Positions 18,780 to 29,036 of a stretch of 54,763 bases of DNA are shown in pieces; the stretch's first letter is position 1, and each line of letters opens with the position of its first letter. The DNA is from Flavobacteriales bacterium (GTDB lineage Bacteria > Bacteroidota > Bacteroidia > Flavobacteriales_F > PHOS-HE28). The DNA lies in assembly GCA_036405935.1 (NCBI GenBank), contig DASWWQ010000169.1, positions 1-54,763 on the forward strand, written 5' to 3'. The translations under genes were made by a program, and so were the position numbers. The notes beneath the pieces are model-generated. The model saw only the letters and a list, made by a program, of their open reading frames with translations. It did not search any database and had not been told where the DNA came from.

Positions 18780-19772
18780 ATGAAACAGATCCTCGCACTC
18801 CTCATCGGCGGTACGCTCCAACTCGGTGCTTCCGCACAGACCGTCCTCACGGCGGCCACCAACAGCCCGGCCCTTGGCACCGGCTATACCCTCCACTACG
18901 GCGCGTACGTCGCACCCGGCATTCCCGGGATCGGCCAGACCTGGAATCTTGCCGGCCTCTCGGCGGACAGCAGCCTCGCGGTGGAATTCGTGGAACCGGC
19001 GAACACGCCCCAAGGTGCACAGTTCCCGACCGCCACCATAGCGGAGGTGAACGACGTGGTGACGCAGTACTACCGCGTCACCGCCAACGGCATCCACTTC
19101 GCCGGCAGCGACGATGGCGAGAGCCTCATCGTGCATGCGCCACAAGGCACCTACCTGCCGTTCCCGTGCACCTTCGGCACCACGTGGAGCACGCCGCAGA
19201 ACGCCACCTTCACCGTCGAGGGATCCACCGTGACCCGCACCGGCACCTTCAGCGGTCATGTGGATGGTAGCGGTACCCTGGTGCTGCCCGGTGCCACCAT
19301 CCCCAACGTATTGCGCGTGCACTGGACCCATGTGCTGCAGGATGTCATGGGGCCCATCACCATCGCACATGTCTACGACAGCTATGCCTTCTTCACGGCC
19401 GGACATGGTCACCCCATCGCCGAAGTCGTCACCGCCTCCATCGACTTCGGTGGTGGACCGCAGGTGCGTCAGTTCAGCCGTTGGACCGCCGATGTGAGCA
19501 CCGGCATCGATGTGCCCGAAGCGGTCGGTGTGTCCGTGTTCCCCAACCCGGCCAGCGAAGAGGTGTCCATCACCTGGTCCGCCGACTTCGGCCGCCGCGC
19601 CGCGGTGTCCGTGATGGACATGGCCGGCCGCGCCGTGATGCTCGGGCGCTACACCGCCGTGCAGGGCACCACCACCCGCGTGGACATCCAACGCCTCTTC
19701 CCCGGTATGTACCAGCTCGTCCTCGTGGGGGAGAACGGCCAACGCGCCTGGGCTTCCCTCTGTGTGCGTTGA
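18780..19772 (+). CDS. Secreted protein with T9SS C-terminal sorting domain
   Basis: Signal peptide MKQILALLIGGTLQLGASAQ. C-terminal VSVFPNPASEEVSITW...GMYQLVLVGENGQRAWASLCVR. Confidence 0.7.
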   Translation: MKQILALLIGGTLQLGASAQTVLTAATNSPALGTGYTLHYGAYVAPGIPGIGQTWNLAGLSADSSLAVEFVEPANTPQGAQFPTATIAEVNDVVTQYYRVTANGIHFAGSDDGESLIVHAPQGTYLPFPCTFGTTWSTPQNATFTVEGSTVTRTGTFSGHVDGSGTLVLPGATIPNVLRVHWTHVLQDVMGPITIAHVYDSYAFFTAGHGHPIAEVVTASIDFGGGPQVRQFSRWTADVSTGIDVPEAVGVSVFPNPASEEVSITWSADFGRRAAVSVMDMAGRAVMLGRYTAVQGTTTRVDIQRLFPGMYQLVLVGENGQRAWASLCVR

Positions 19773-20055
19773 TCCCTGGGCACGCTGATCCGAACCCGAA
19801 CGACCATGGATACCGCACTCCTTGCACCCGCGCGCGCTGCACTGTTCCGCCGCTCCGCGCACCGCACCCTTCCTGCGCACTCCGGCCGTTGGCTGGTCCA
19901 TCTGCCCGGCATCCTCTTCTTCACCCTCATCGTGGTCGCGCATCTGAGCTTCCGGTCCTCGGCCGGAGCACGCACCGCACCACGACCGGATGCCATGCGG
20001 ACGCACGCCTACTTCCTTCCCGCAGCACCCACGCTGCCCTAACGATCCGCATCAC

Positions 20056-21684
20056 ATGTTCCATTCCATGAACGATGCCCTCAAATGGGCCGGTCTCCTC
20101 CTCGGCGTCCTGTTGATCCTCGCCGGCGCCATCGGTCTCTGGGTGCGATCGGTGCTCCCCGCACCGCAAGGCGTTCCCGTGGTGCTGCAGCAAGGGTTGT
20201 TCACCCCACCTGCACAACCCTTGGCCGCGGACGACCGGTTCCTCTACCGCTCGGCCACCGAGCTCGCTGCAATGATCCGTTCCGGGCAGGCCACCTCCAC
20301 GGAGATCGTCCGGGCCTGCATCGCCCGCATCCAGCAGCACAACCACCGCTACAACGCCCTGATCTGGCTGCGCGAGGAGGAAGCCTTGGCCGATGCCGCA
20401 CGCGCGGATGCGGCCATCGCCCGCGGGGATACCGCGCTCGGTGCCTTGCATGGGGTGCCGATCACCATCAAGGAACAGTTCTGGGTGAAAGGCTCGCCCA
20501 GCACGCTCAACGCACGCCGGTTCGGCTTCGTGGCTCCCGAGGATGGCGCGTTGGTGCAGAGCCTCAAGCGGGCAGGGGCCATCCTCCTCGGCACCACCAA
20601 CGTGCCCTTCATGCTCAGTGATTACCAGACCCACGGCGAGGTCTATCCCACGGCCAGCAATCCCTACGACACCACGCGGACGCCCGGTGGCAGCAGCGGG
20701 GGAGGTGCAGCGGCGCTGGCCGCCGGGTTCAGTGCCGCGGAACTGGGCAGCGATATGGGCGGCAGCATCCGCGTGCCCAGCGCCTTCTGCGGTCTGTGGG
20801 CCCTGAAGCCCACGTACGGCGCGCTCAACCAGACCCACGGCGGATGGCCCGATACCACCCGCGTGCAACGGCGTTTGGCGATGGCTTCACCCGGACCGAT
20901 GGCGCGTGCACCCGAGGACCTCGCACTGCTCTGGGATGCCTTGAAGGTGACCCCGATCGATCCGCGTTTCCAGCAGCCCATCACCCGTCCGGAGGCTTCC
21001 ACCCGTACGCTCAAGGACCTTCGTTTCGCTTGGGCGGACGAGTGGGCCGAAACGAACTACACCGCGCAGGTGGGCCGCGATGTGCGGGAGAAGATGCAGG
21101 AGCTGGTCCAAGCCCTGGGTCGCGAGGGATCGGCGATGGCGAACACCGTACCGCCGATCCATGCGGACCTCATGCGCTGCTTCTTCGCCACGTTCGCCAC
21201 CGTGCATGGCGAGGACGGTTCGTGGCTCCTCCGCAAACTGATGACCCGGCAGCTGCGTGCGCTCGATCCGGGTACCGGCATCTTCGACAGTTACGAGCAG
21301 GCCATGAACGACACCTCCGATGCGAACTGGCTACGCATCACGGCGGATCGCACGCGGCTCACCGCCAGCTGGGAGCGCTTCTTCCAAGAGCACGACTTCC
21401 TGGTCCTTCCCGTCACCTATGGGCCGGCCTTCATCCAGTGCGAACAGGGCGCGGAACTGCAGGGCGACAACGGACCGGTGCGCTACATGGGATACGTACC
21501 CTTCGGCGCCATCATCAACGCCACGGGGCACCCTACGTTGTCGGTGCCCATGGGGCTGAATGCCCAAGGTTTGCCCATCGGACTGCAGGTGGTGGGACCG
21601 CTGCACTCCGAGGAGGAACTGTTGCATCTGGCGATGCTCTTGAAGCCTTTGGTGAACGGCTTCGTGCCTCCACCGCAGCCATGA
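20056..21684 (+). CDS. Amidase-signature family amidase with N-terminal TM anchor
   Basis: ORF 19990..21684 trimmed to the ATG at 20056. GGSSGGGAAALAAGFSAAELGSDMGGSIRVPSAFCGLWALKPTYG is the AS signature. Confidence 0.9.
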   Translation: MFHSMNDALKWAGLLLGVLLILAGAIGLWVRSVLPAPQGVPVVLQQGLFTPPAQPLAADDRFLYRSATELAAMIRSGQATSTEIVRACIARIQQHNHRYNALIWLREEEALADAARADAAIARGDTALGALHGVPITIKEQFWVKGSPSTLNARRFGFVAPEDGALVQSLKRAGAILLGTTNVPFMLSDYQTHGEVYPTASNPYDTTRTPGGSSGGGAAALAAGFSAAELGSDMGGSIRVPSAFCGLWALKPTYGALNQTHGGWPDTTRVQRRLAMASPGPMARAPEDLALLWDALKVTPIDPRFQQPITRPEASTRTLKDLRFAWADEWAETNYTAQVGRDVREKMQELVQALGREGSAMANTVPPIHADLMRCFFATFATVHGEDGSWLLRKLMTRQLRALDPGTGIFDSYEQAMNDTSDANWLRITADRTRLTASWERFFQEHDFLVLPVTYGPAFIQCEQGAELQGDNGPVRYMGYVPFGAIINATGHPTLSVPMGLNAQGLPIGLQVVGPLHSEEELLHLAMLLKPLVNGFVPPPQP

Positions 21685-21694
21685 TCGGCCCGGC

Positions 21695-21988
21695 CTACGG
21701 CTCGTAGAGCCGAAGGCGTTGCTCCATGGTCCGTACCTGCTGCTGCATGCGGTCCATCCGTTCCAAGAGGTGGCTGATCGCCTCCAGCCCTTCCAGGTTG
21801 ATATCAAGATCGAAGTGCATACGGGCCAGCTGCTCCAAGCGGGCCACCTGGTCGGCGGGGAGGAAGTGCTGTTCCTCCTGCACCACCACATGGATCAGCC
21901 CGCGATCGGTGAGCGCCTGCACGAAGGTGAGGTCCAGCTCCTCGTGGCGGCAGTAGAGCTCGATGGAGATGAGTGGTCCGGTGCTCAT
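21695..21988 (-). CDS. cbpM: Chaperone modulator CbpM-like (MerR-like fold)
   Basis: 97 aa. Overlaps the stop of the upstream J-domain gene by 4 nt. Size and position are typical of cbpM. Confidence 0.7.
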   Translation of the reverse strand: MSTGPLISIELYCRHEELDLTFVQALTDRGLIHVVVQEEQHFLPADQVARLEQLARMHFDLDINLEGLEAISHLLERMDRMQQQVRTMEQRLRLYEP

Positions 21989-22902
21989 GGCTGCGGTTCG
22001 GTTCGGGCGAGCTGTTCGAAGAGCGCGCGCTGTTCGGGGGTGAGCGTGGTGGGCAGCTCCACGGTGTAGGTGACGTACAGATCGCCGTGCTGCCCTTCCT
22101 GCTTGTACACGGGAAAGCCCTTGCCCTTGAGCTTCACGCGGGTGCCGGTCCGGGTGCCGGGCGCGGCCTTGAGCTTCACGATCCCATCGAGGGTTTCCAC
22201 TCGCACCTCGCCGCCCAGCATCGCGGTGCTCAGGTTGATGCTTGCCGTGGTGTACAGGTCGGCACCGACCCGCTTGAAACGCGGATGCTCCTGCACCACG
22301 AAGGTGAGGTAGAGGTCGCCCGGTGGACCACCGTTGACGCCCGCACCACCTTGTCCGGGGATGCGGATGGTCTGCCCGTCCTCCACGCCCGCCGGCACCG
22401 TGATGCGCAGCTGCTTGCCGTTCACGGTGAGGGTCTGCTGATGCGTGGTGCGTGCACCCATCAGGTCCAGTTGCGACTCCGCCCGGTAGTCCGGCCCGCG
22501 GTATTTCACTTCGCGCCGGCCACGCCCGCGCCCGCCGAACAGGTTGCCGAAGAGGTCGTTCATCTCCTCCTCGCTCATGGTGCTTCCGTCGCCGAAGCCC
22601 GCATCACCGGTGAATGCTCCACCGGAACCGCCTGCGCCTTGCTGGGCACGTTGCTTCTCCTGCGCCTCGATCTGGTCGGCATGCTTCCAATGCTCCCCGT
22701 ACTTGTCGTACTTCCTGCGGCTGTCGGGATCGCTCAGCACCTCCTGCGCCTCGTTGATCTCCTGGAACTTCCGCTTGGCCTCCGTGTCGTTGGGATTGAG
22801 GTCGGGGTGGTACTTGCGGGCCAGCTTGCGGTAGGCGCTCTTGATCGCGTCCGCGCCTGCGCTGCGCTCGAGGCCGAGCACCTTGTAGTAGTCCACTGCC
22901 AT
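21985..22902 (-). CDS. cbpA: J-domain co-chaperone / curved-DNA-binding protein CbpA
   Basis: [37 protein letters not shown] (HPD motif), a G-rich linker, DnaJ C-terminal domains, and no zinc finger. Confidence 0.9.
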   Translation of the reverse strand: MAVDYYKVLGLERSAGADAIKSAYRKLARKYHPDLNPNDTEAKRKFQEINEAQEVLSDPDSRRKYDKYGEHWKHADQIEAQEKQRAQQGAGGSGGAFTGDAGFGDGSTMSEEEMNDLFGNLFGGRGRGRREVKYRGPDYRAESQLDLMGARTTHQQTLTVNGKQLRITVPAGVEDGQTIRIPGQGGAGVNGGPPGDLYLTFVVQEHPRFKRVGADLYTTASINLSTAMLGGEVRVETLDGIVKLKAAPGTRTGTRVKLKGKGFPVYKQEGQHGDLYVTYTVELPTTLTPEQRALFEQLARTEPQP

Positions 22903-22996
22903 GGGGGATGAAAATACGGCGGGTCCCGGCCCGGCCGTCAGCGGGCGTGTGCACCGGAAGCCGTGCCGGGTGCCCCGGTCATCAGCATCGAGCTTC

Positions 22997-23863
22997 TCAA
23001 GGCATCAGCGAGCGCCCGTGCGCGATACGGCCCTGCCCGTTACGCGCCTCGAAGAGCACCACACCCGTACCTGATGGAAGGGCGATGCTTTGACCGTCAT
23101 AGCGCACCTGCACCTCACCGACACTCCGCCCCAGCGTATCCCACAATTGCAACCGGAACGGCACTGGCGTGGATGCGCCCACCCGCACCACGGCGCTGCC
23201 ATCGCCCTGCGGCAGCAGACGAACGGAGCGCTCGTCCATCAGCGCCTCGGACAGGCCCGTGTTGAAGTTCAGCGCGAGGTCGTCCACCTGGAAGTAGGCG
23301 CATTCGCCCGTGCTGGCGCCGGCGCACATACAGTTGACGCAGGAGGAGATCTGGATCACCAACGTGTCGGGTGCCGCCAGGCTCGTGTGGTCGATGTCCA
23401 GCGTGAACGGTGCCCAAGTGGCCTGCTCCCCGAACAGTTCCTCGCCGATGCCCACCGTGTCGCGTTGCAGGGTGGCGGCGTTCCAGCGCGTCAGCAGCAC
23501 CTGTACCCGCGCGGAGTTGTCTTCGCCCTCCTCCAGGTCACCGGCCGTTCGTTTGTACCAGCCCGTAAGCTGGTCCGGAATGCCCGTGATCGGAAGTCCC
23601 TCGGGACCGGGCCAAGCGTTCGGACCATTGGAGGCATAGCCCTCCGCATACCAGTACCAGTTCCACACCGAGAGGGCATAGTTGCCGCTGTGCGCATCGC
23701 CCACCAGGGCCGCACCGTAGTCGGCACCGAAGGTCCAGTTGTAGGGTAGGGTGGGCAGCTCCGGATCGAAGGGCACGATGACCGCCTCGAAACCGCCGTT
23801 GGACACTTGGGCCGATGCCGTGATCCCGAGCAGGACCGATACCAGGGTGAACGTGTTGCGCAT
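22997..23863 (-). CDS. Hypothetical secreted protein with CTD-like C-terminus
   Basis: ORF 22997..23983 trimmed to the ATG at 23863 ([19 protein letters not shown]). C-terminal about 80 aa are beta-rich ([13 protein letters not shown]...[21 protein letters not shown]). Confidence 0.6.
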   Translation of the reverse strand: MRNTFTLVSVLLGITASAQVSNGGFEAVIVPFDPELPTLPYNWTFGADYGAALVGDAHSGNYALSVWNWYWYAEGYASNGPNAWPGPEGLPITGIPDQLTGWYKRTAGDLEEGEDNSARVQVLLTRWNAATLQRDTVGIGEELFGEQATWAPFTLDIDHTSLAAPDTLVIQISSCVNCMCAGASTGECAYFQVDDLALNFNTGLSEALMDERSVRLLPQGDGSAVVRVGASTPVPFRLQLWDTLGRSVGEVQVRYDGQSIALPSGTGVVLFEARNGQGRIAHGRSLMP

Positions 23864-24054
23864 GGGATGGCTGTTGATGCCGACAAAGCAAGGAGGCCCT
23901 CCGGCCCCGCGCACTGGACGGAGGCGGGGAGGTGTTGGACAATTCGGGGGAAGCACAGGGCCGTGATCGCGACCATACTGCAAGACCCGGCATGAAGGGA
24001 ATGGGGTCCTCCGGCGGTGCAGGGGCCGATAAGCCGGTGCGTGCCGTGATCGCT

Positions 24055-24747
24055 TCAGCGCTTGCTGCTCACGAAATGTCGGAGCTGGTTCATGATGTTC
24101 TCCGCACGCTCCGTAGATACCCGTGGATCGAGGTGTGCGTGGATCGCTTCGTGGAGATCTTTCCGTCGGAGCAGTGAGCTGAACTCCTGCCGGAGGTAGT
24201 GCTGCACATCATCAGGTGCATTCCGGAATTCCTCCAACCACCCCAGCCTGCCATCGAGAACGAAGACGATATCCTCGAAGTCCTTGCTGGTGCGCATGTC
24301 ACCGCCGCGGCTTTTGAACGCTTCCAGTTTGGTGGCCAGGAAATACGGCGTGGTCAACAGCTTGATCGTCGAAGCGTCGGGAAGTACATGGTCCAGAGCA
24401 TGGGTCATGCCGGGTATGTACCACTTGTTCGTGGGGCCGATCGCTGGCACATCCGTTGGCATGATGTCCACCATGACGCCGTGGAACCGATAACGACAGA
24501 TGACCTCATCCTCCGGCGAATGATGGAACCCCAATCGGCGCAGACGTTCTTCCAAGCGCTCATACTCCGTGTAACTGGATACCACGATGACCAGATCGAT
24601 ATCGGAGGTCGGTCGCGGAATATCCGCACCCGGGTCGTTGGCGTACAGACTGACCACTGCGCCACCTACGAACACCACTTGGTCGCGCAGTTCCTCCAGG
24701 CCACCGGCGACCAACTGTACGGATTGGATGTTGATCGTATCGCGCAT
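24055..24747 (-). CDS. Nucleotidyltransferase-fold protein, AbiEii/MNT-like toxin candidate
   Basis: FVGGAVVSLYANDPGADIPRPTSDIDLVI fits the GG/GS...DxD minimal NTase motif. The start overlaps the upstream stop (TGATG; alternative GTG at 24750). Confidence 0.55.
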   Translation of the reverse strand: MRDTINIQSVQLVAGGLEELRDQVVFVGGAVVSLYANDPGADIPRPTSDIDLVIVVSSYTEYERLEERLRRLGFHHSPEDEVICRYRFHGVMVDIMPTDVPAIGPTNKWYIPGMTHALDHVLPDASTIKLLTTPYFLATKLEAFKSRGGDMRTSKDFEDIVFVLDGRLGWLEEFRNAPDDVQHYLRQEFSSLLRRKDLHEAIHAHLDPRVSTERAENIMNQLRHFVSSKR

Positions 24748-25259
24748 CACTTCAAGCGTCTCGCCAGTTCCTTGGCAGCCTCCGCACGTTCGCGCGTACG
24801 GCCCACACGTAGCGCATCCGTGAGTGCAAGGAGCGCGTGAAACTCCGGGTCGTTCAAGGAGGCGGCAACGGCACCCGGATAGAGTGGAGGGATCTCGTGT
24901 CCGCGTTCCTCACCCATGGCCGATGCCCAAACGTAGGTCTCTTCGCTCATGAACTTCGAACGCAACGGTGAAGCGGAATGAGCGGTGGGCACGCCACGTA
25001 CCATACCGCCGGGCCGGGCCGGGAACACATAGGCAAGACCATGCTGAAGGAAGTCGAGCAGCGCCTGGACCGCCACTTTGCGTTTGCCGGTATCGATCAA
25101 ACCGGCCAATGCCGAGCGCTTCAGTGAATTGCTCACCTCAGCAGGGCTCAGATGCAATGCCGCCGCCACCTCCCGGGCCAACCAGGGCTTTTCTCCGAGT
25201 GCCGCGATCTTGAGCAGCACCGCCACATCCTGTGGCCGCATTCCTTTATGAACGTTCAT
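24747..25259 (-). CDS. Winged-HTH protein, AbiEi-like antitoxin candidate
   Basis: 170 aa. N-terminal wHTH-like RPQDVAVLLKIAALGEKPWLAREVAAALHLSPAEVSNSLKRSALAGLI. Coupled to the NTase gene. Confidence 0.5.
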   Translation of the reverse strand: MNVHKGMRPQDVAVLLKIAALGEKPWLAREVAAALHLSPAEVSNSLKRSALAGLIDTGKRKVAVQALLDFLQHGLAYVFPARPGGMVRGVPTAHSASPLRSKFMSEETYVWASAMGEERGHEIPPLYPGAVAASLNDPEFHALLALTDALRVGRTRERAEAAKELARRLK

Positions 25260-25405
25260 GATTCATGATTCGTGAATTGCAAATATAGGCTGGGCTGGAT
25301 CACCTGTTCGTCCATCAGTTGGTCCGGCAGGCCGTGGCTACATTGGTCTGCTCCATCATGCACCCCCGCTCAGTGCACCGCCGAGCGGCAGACACACCAC
25401 CCATC

Positions 25406-25765
25406 ATGCACAAGACCCTGCTCCAGATCACCTACTGGACCTTGCTCGCCTCGGGCATCCTGCACTACATCGCCGACGTGCTCTCGCAATACCTGCGCGG
25501 CGTGCGCACCCCCAGCGCCGAGACCACGCTCTACTACGGCCTGAACACCGCCTACGCGCTGGGCCAAGTGGTCTTCGCCACCTGCGCCCTGCTCATCCTC
25601 CGCAGCGGCTCGTCGCTGATGGACAGCACCGGCGGCATCGCCCTCAGCTTTGCGGCCGTGATCGGCTGGCTTGTCTTCAGCTTCGTCTTCATCGAATACA
25701 CCCCGCCCCGCATCTTCATGGGCCTGGTGCTGGCGCTGCTGGTGGTGGCGACGGTGGTGCGGTGA
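25406..25765 (+). CDS. Small 4-TM membrane protein, unknown function
   Basis: ORF 25319..25765 trimmed to the ATG at 25406 (MHKTLLQITYWTLLASGILHY...). This is the last high-GC gene before the island. Confidence 0.5.
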   Translation: MHKTLLQITYWTLLASGILHYIADVLSQYLRGVRTPSAETTLYYGLNTAYALGQVVFATCALLILRSGSSLMDSTGGIALSFAAVIGWLVFSFVFIEYTPPRIFMGLVLALLVVATVVR

Positions 25766-25888
25766 GGAGGGCGATTTGTCTCAGAGCATTTGTCCAGTTT
25801 GAATTTTCAACGGACACAGGTCTGTCTCCAGCTATGAGAGGTCAAAGCACTGCACAATCAGGTGTGGAAAGCCCTGCCATAGTGGGGA

Positions 25889-25920
25889 TTGATCCTATAT
25901 GACTTGGTGGACTTACTTTG
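25889..25920 (+). promoter_or_regulatory. Candidate Bacteroidota-type promoter of the island operon (TTG-N21-TTACTTTG)
   Basis: TTG at 25889..25891 and TTACTTTG at 25913..25920 (7/8 to TAnnTTTG). Lies 27 nt upstream of the ATG at 25948. Confidence 0.35.
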
Positions 25921-25947
25921 GGACAATACGCAAAGCGCAGATTTGGG

Positions 25948-26922
25948 ATGAAGCGTGCAGAAAACAAGCGAACGATTCGCGCGATCGACATGTTCGCTGG
26001 CGGGGGAGGTAGCAGTTGGGGGGCCAAACAGGCCGGAGTGAAGGTGGTTGCCGCGTTTGACTTGTGGCATCTTGCCGAGAAGAACCACGAGGCCAACTTC
26101 CCCGATGTGCGGTTCTATCGTGATCGGCTGGAGAACCTGGATTTGAAAAAGGTCCGTAAAGAGGTGGGCCGGATCGATCTGATCATGGCCTCGCCCGAGT
26201 GCACGAACCACAGCCCGGCCAAAGGCAACAAACCACGCAGCGAGGAAAGCAAGGACACCGCATTTCAAGTCACGCGCTTCGCAGAGGCCTTCAAGCCAAA
26301 GTGGATCGTGGTGGAGAACGTGGTGAACATGCGGAAGTGGTCGCGCTATAAGGAGTTCCAGGGCAAGCTCGAAGCGCTAGGCTATAAGTGCACTGAGCAA
26401 GTATTGAATGCAGCCGACTTTGGAGTGGCCCAAAGCAGGCGGCGACTGTTCCTCCTGTGCCAGCGAGGCAAGAAGGCACCACTCAAGACACACAAGCCCG
26501 ACCTGCCCAAGGTCAGCGTGAGGCCCATCGTGAACATGAACGGTGCGTACCGATGGACACCACTCAACCAGCCCAGACGGGCGAAGGCGACCTTAGAACG
26601 TGCTTCGCGAGGCTTTGAGAAGATGGGCTACAACAGCGCCTTTTTATTAGTCTACTATGGCTCGGATGGCGGTGGTGGCTGGCAGCGATTGAGCCGTCCA
26701 TTGCGCACGATCACAACTGTGGACCGGTTCGCCATCGTGAAGCCGACTCCGCAGGGTCACGTGATGCGGATGCTACAGGTACCGGAACTACAACAAGCGA
26801 TGGGTATGCACGGCATGTGCTTCGAACACGGCACTCGGCGAGACAAGATTAAGATGATTGGGAATGCTGTGTGTCCCCCTGTCATGGCCACTGTACTCAG
26901 AGAACTTACTCGCAACAAGTAA
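25948..26922 (+). CDS. DNA (cytosine-5)-methyltransferase
   Basis: ORF 25918..26922 trimmed to the ATG at 25948. Motif I DMFAGGGG, motif IV ASPECTNHS (P-E-C, not the canonical P-C-Q), ENV (VVENVV), QSRRRLFLL, motif X GNAVCPPV. Confidence 0.92.
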   Translation: MKRAENKRTIRAIDMFAGGGGSSWGAKQAGVKVVAAFDLWHLAEKNHEANFPDVRFYRDRLENLDLKKVRKEVGRIDLIMASPECTNHSPAKGNKPRSEESKDTAFQVTRFAEAFKPKWIVVENVVNMRKWSRYKEFQGKLEALGYKCTEQVLNAADFGVAQSRRRLFLLCQRGKKAPLKTHKPDLPKVSVRPIVNMNGAYRWTPLNQPRRAKATLERASRGFEKMGYNSAFLLVYYGSDGGGGWQRLSRPLRTITTVDRFAIVKPTPQGHVMRMLQVPELQQAMGMHGMCFEHGTRRDKIKMIGNAVCPPVMATVLRELTRNK

Positions 26923-29036
26923 TGGCAGAGCCGGATAGCAAAAAGGGTGTGCAGCTGCATCCGGATGATCTTGTCTTTCAGGTCAAACCGCGCATTCTGG
27001 GACTTCTCGGTGACCAACTAATACGAGACGCTACGCTTGCGGTGTTCGAATTGGTGAAGAACGCATACGATGCCGATGCAAACGAGTGCACCGTAACACT
27101 TGAGGATGCTCTCGATCCGCGCAAATCCCGAATCACGGTCAAAGACAACGGGTCGGGTATGACGCGGGAAACGATTCAAGATTCATGGATGGTGATTGCG
27201 ACAGACTTTCGAACGAGTCAGCGCGCTCGGAACGAAAGAAGTCCTCGGTACAATCGATATGCACTTGGCGAGAAAGGACTTGGGCGCTTCTCTATTCATA
27301 AGCTTGGCCATGAAATCAGAATGACTACAAGGACTGATGGCGGTCCTGAGTATGTTCTGCAAATCCAATGGGATGAACTTGAAAGTTCTAGCGATTTACG
27401 CTTGAGTCCTATTCGCCTGATCACGAGGGAGCCTGAAGTCTTTAAGGGAAAGAAGCATGGCACCCTTATGGAAATTTGGAAGTTACGAGAAGTGTGGGAG
27501 CGTGGTTCCGTGAGACGACTGCATCGTGCCGTGAATAGTCTTTGTTCCCCATTTGACGCCCCCGATGACTTCAAGGTCGAGCTAAAGGTGCCGGGGAATG
27601 AGGAACTGCTTAAAGGACTGCTTCAGGCAGAGAAGATTCCGACTTATGCGCTATACCACGTAAAAGGGCACTTCGAAGGTCATAGGTTGGAGTTTGACTA
27701 CAAGTTCACACCACCGGTTGGACTGCAGCCACTGTTGACCCCGAGCAAGAAGGCCAAGCATTTCTCAGGTAACCTTCAGCGGAAAGAGCTCAAGGGCAAA
27801 CGCAAGCAAGTAACGTTCGATCTGTCGCAACATGAAATTGGTCGGGTTGAATTCGAATTCTGGTTGTTTGATCGGGATCCAGCCGTCTTGCGTGCATCGA
27901 CGGATGACATCAAGGGACTCAAGGATTACCTCGATGAGAATGGTGGGGTAAGAATCTACCGCGACGGAATACGTGTTTATGACTTTGGAGAGCCAGGTAA
28001 TGACTGGCTGAATCTGGATATCCGACGCGTTAACACGCCAACTGCACGTACAAGTAACAATCAGATTATTGGTGCTTTATGGCTCTCAGCTGAGGATAGC
28101 GGCGACCTGAGAGAGAAATCAAATCGTGAGGGGTTCATTGAAAGTCCCGCCTTCAACGATTTCAAAGACGCCGTCATTTCGGTTCTAACCAACGTTGAAG
28201 CAGAGAAGACCCGGGATCAGCAGCACGTGCGCGAAGCTGTTGGTAAGGGCACTGGAGGTCGTGTTTTCACGCACCTGAATGAGTTGCGCGATACGCTTGC
28301 GCAAAAGGGCATGCTGGAGGAGTTGGACCCCCAATTGAAGAAGGTCGAACGCGAGATGGAGTTGTACCGCGACCAGCTATTGCATGCGGCCGTTCCAGGT
28401 CTCTCCATGGGCATGATGCTTCATGGTGCTGAGAAAATCATGGAAGAGCTTCGCGCTGCGGTCAACAAGGGCGAGAGTGTAAAGCACGTTGCAGCGCTTG
28501 TTGATCGGCTGTACAGAGCGATGCGACCGGTCACAAACCTGCTGAAGGACCCAGGCATCGGCAAAACGACGGCCACCGCGTTAATCGCGGAAGCCAAGTT
28601 CTCGACGGCGTTACGTCTTAAGCGTCATGGCATCGCCCCGATCTATCCAGAGCGCCCGTTTGATTTCCCCGTGCGTGGCTCAAAACAAATGCTGGTTGCC
28701 GCGCTTACCAACTTGGTTGACAACGCAATCCACTGGCTAGAGGTCAAGAACCCGGATAAGAAGATTCTCTATCTGAGCACGACAAACGATTTGAGTTCGG
28801 GGCCGGCCATCGTGGTGGGGGACAATGGTCCTGGATTCGGGAGTGATGATCCTCAAGATCTGGTCCTGCCCTTCTTTACACGACGGAGAGACAGCATGGG
28901 ACTCGGTCTCTATATCGTTAACGAGGTAATGGCAGCGAATCAAGGGCGATTGGTCTTTCCGGCAAAAGGAGATATCAACCTGCCGAAGGAAGTTACCGGT
29001 GCCGTGGTCGCGTTGCAGTTTCCAGACAAGCCATGA
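26922..29036 (+). CDS. Double Bergerat-fold protein: N-terminal MORC/MutL/Hsp90-type GHKL ATPase module plus C-terminal histidine-kinase-like DHp + CA module
   Basis: The ATG at 26922 shares one nt with the MTase stop (TAATG). N-terminal half: ELVKNAYDA (N box), DNGSGM (G1, nt 27144..27161), GEKGLGRFS (G2). C-terminal half: helical MMLHGAEKIMEEL (His501, nt 28422..28424), NLVDNAIHW, GDNGPGF (nt 28821..28838), GLGLYIV. No TM segments. Confidence 0.8.
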   Translation: MAEPDSKKGVQLHPDDLVFQVKPRILGLLGDQLIRDATLAVFELVKNAYDADANECTVTLEDALDPRKSRITVKDNGSGMTRETIQDSWMVIATDFRTSQRARNERSPRYNRYALGEKGLGRFSIHKLGHEIRMTTRTDGGPEYVLQIQWDELESSSDLRLSPIRLITREPEVFKGKKHGTLMEIWKLREVWERGSVRRLHRAVNSLCSPFDAPDDFKVELKVPGNEELLKGLLQAEKIPTYALYHVKGHFEGHRLEFDYKFTPPVGLQPLLTPSKKAKHFSGNLQRKELKGKRKQVTFDLSQHEIGRVEFEFWLFDRDPAVLRASTDDIKGLKDYLDENGGVRIYRDGIRVYDFGEPGNDWLNLDIRRVNTPTARTSNNQIIGALWLSAEDSGDLREKSNREGFIESPAFNDFKDAVISVLTNVEAEKTRDQQHVREAVGKGTGGRVFTHLNELRDTLAQKGMLEELDPQLKKVEREMELYRDQLLHAAVPGLSMGMMLHGAEKIMEELRAAVNKGESVKHVAALVDRLYRAMRPVTNLLKDPGIGKTTATALIAEAKFSTALRLKRHGIAPIYPERPFDFPVRGSKQMLVAALTNLVDNAIHWLEVKNPDKKILYLSTTNDLSSGPAIVVGDNGPGFGSDDPQDLVLPFFTRRRDSMGLGLYIVNEVMAANQGRLVFPAKGDINLPKEVTGAVVALQFPDKP

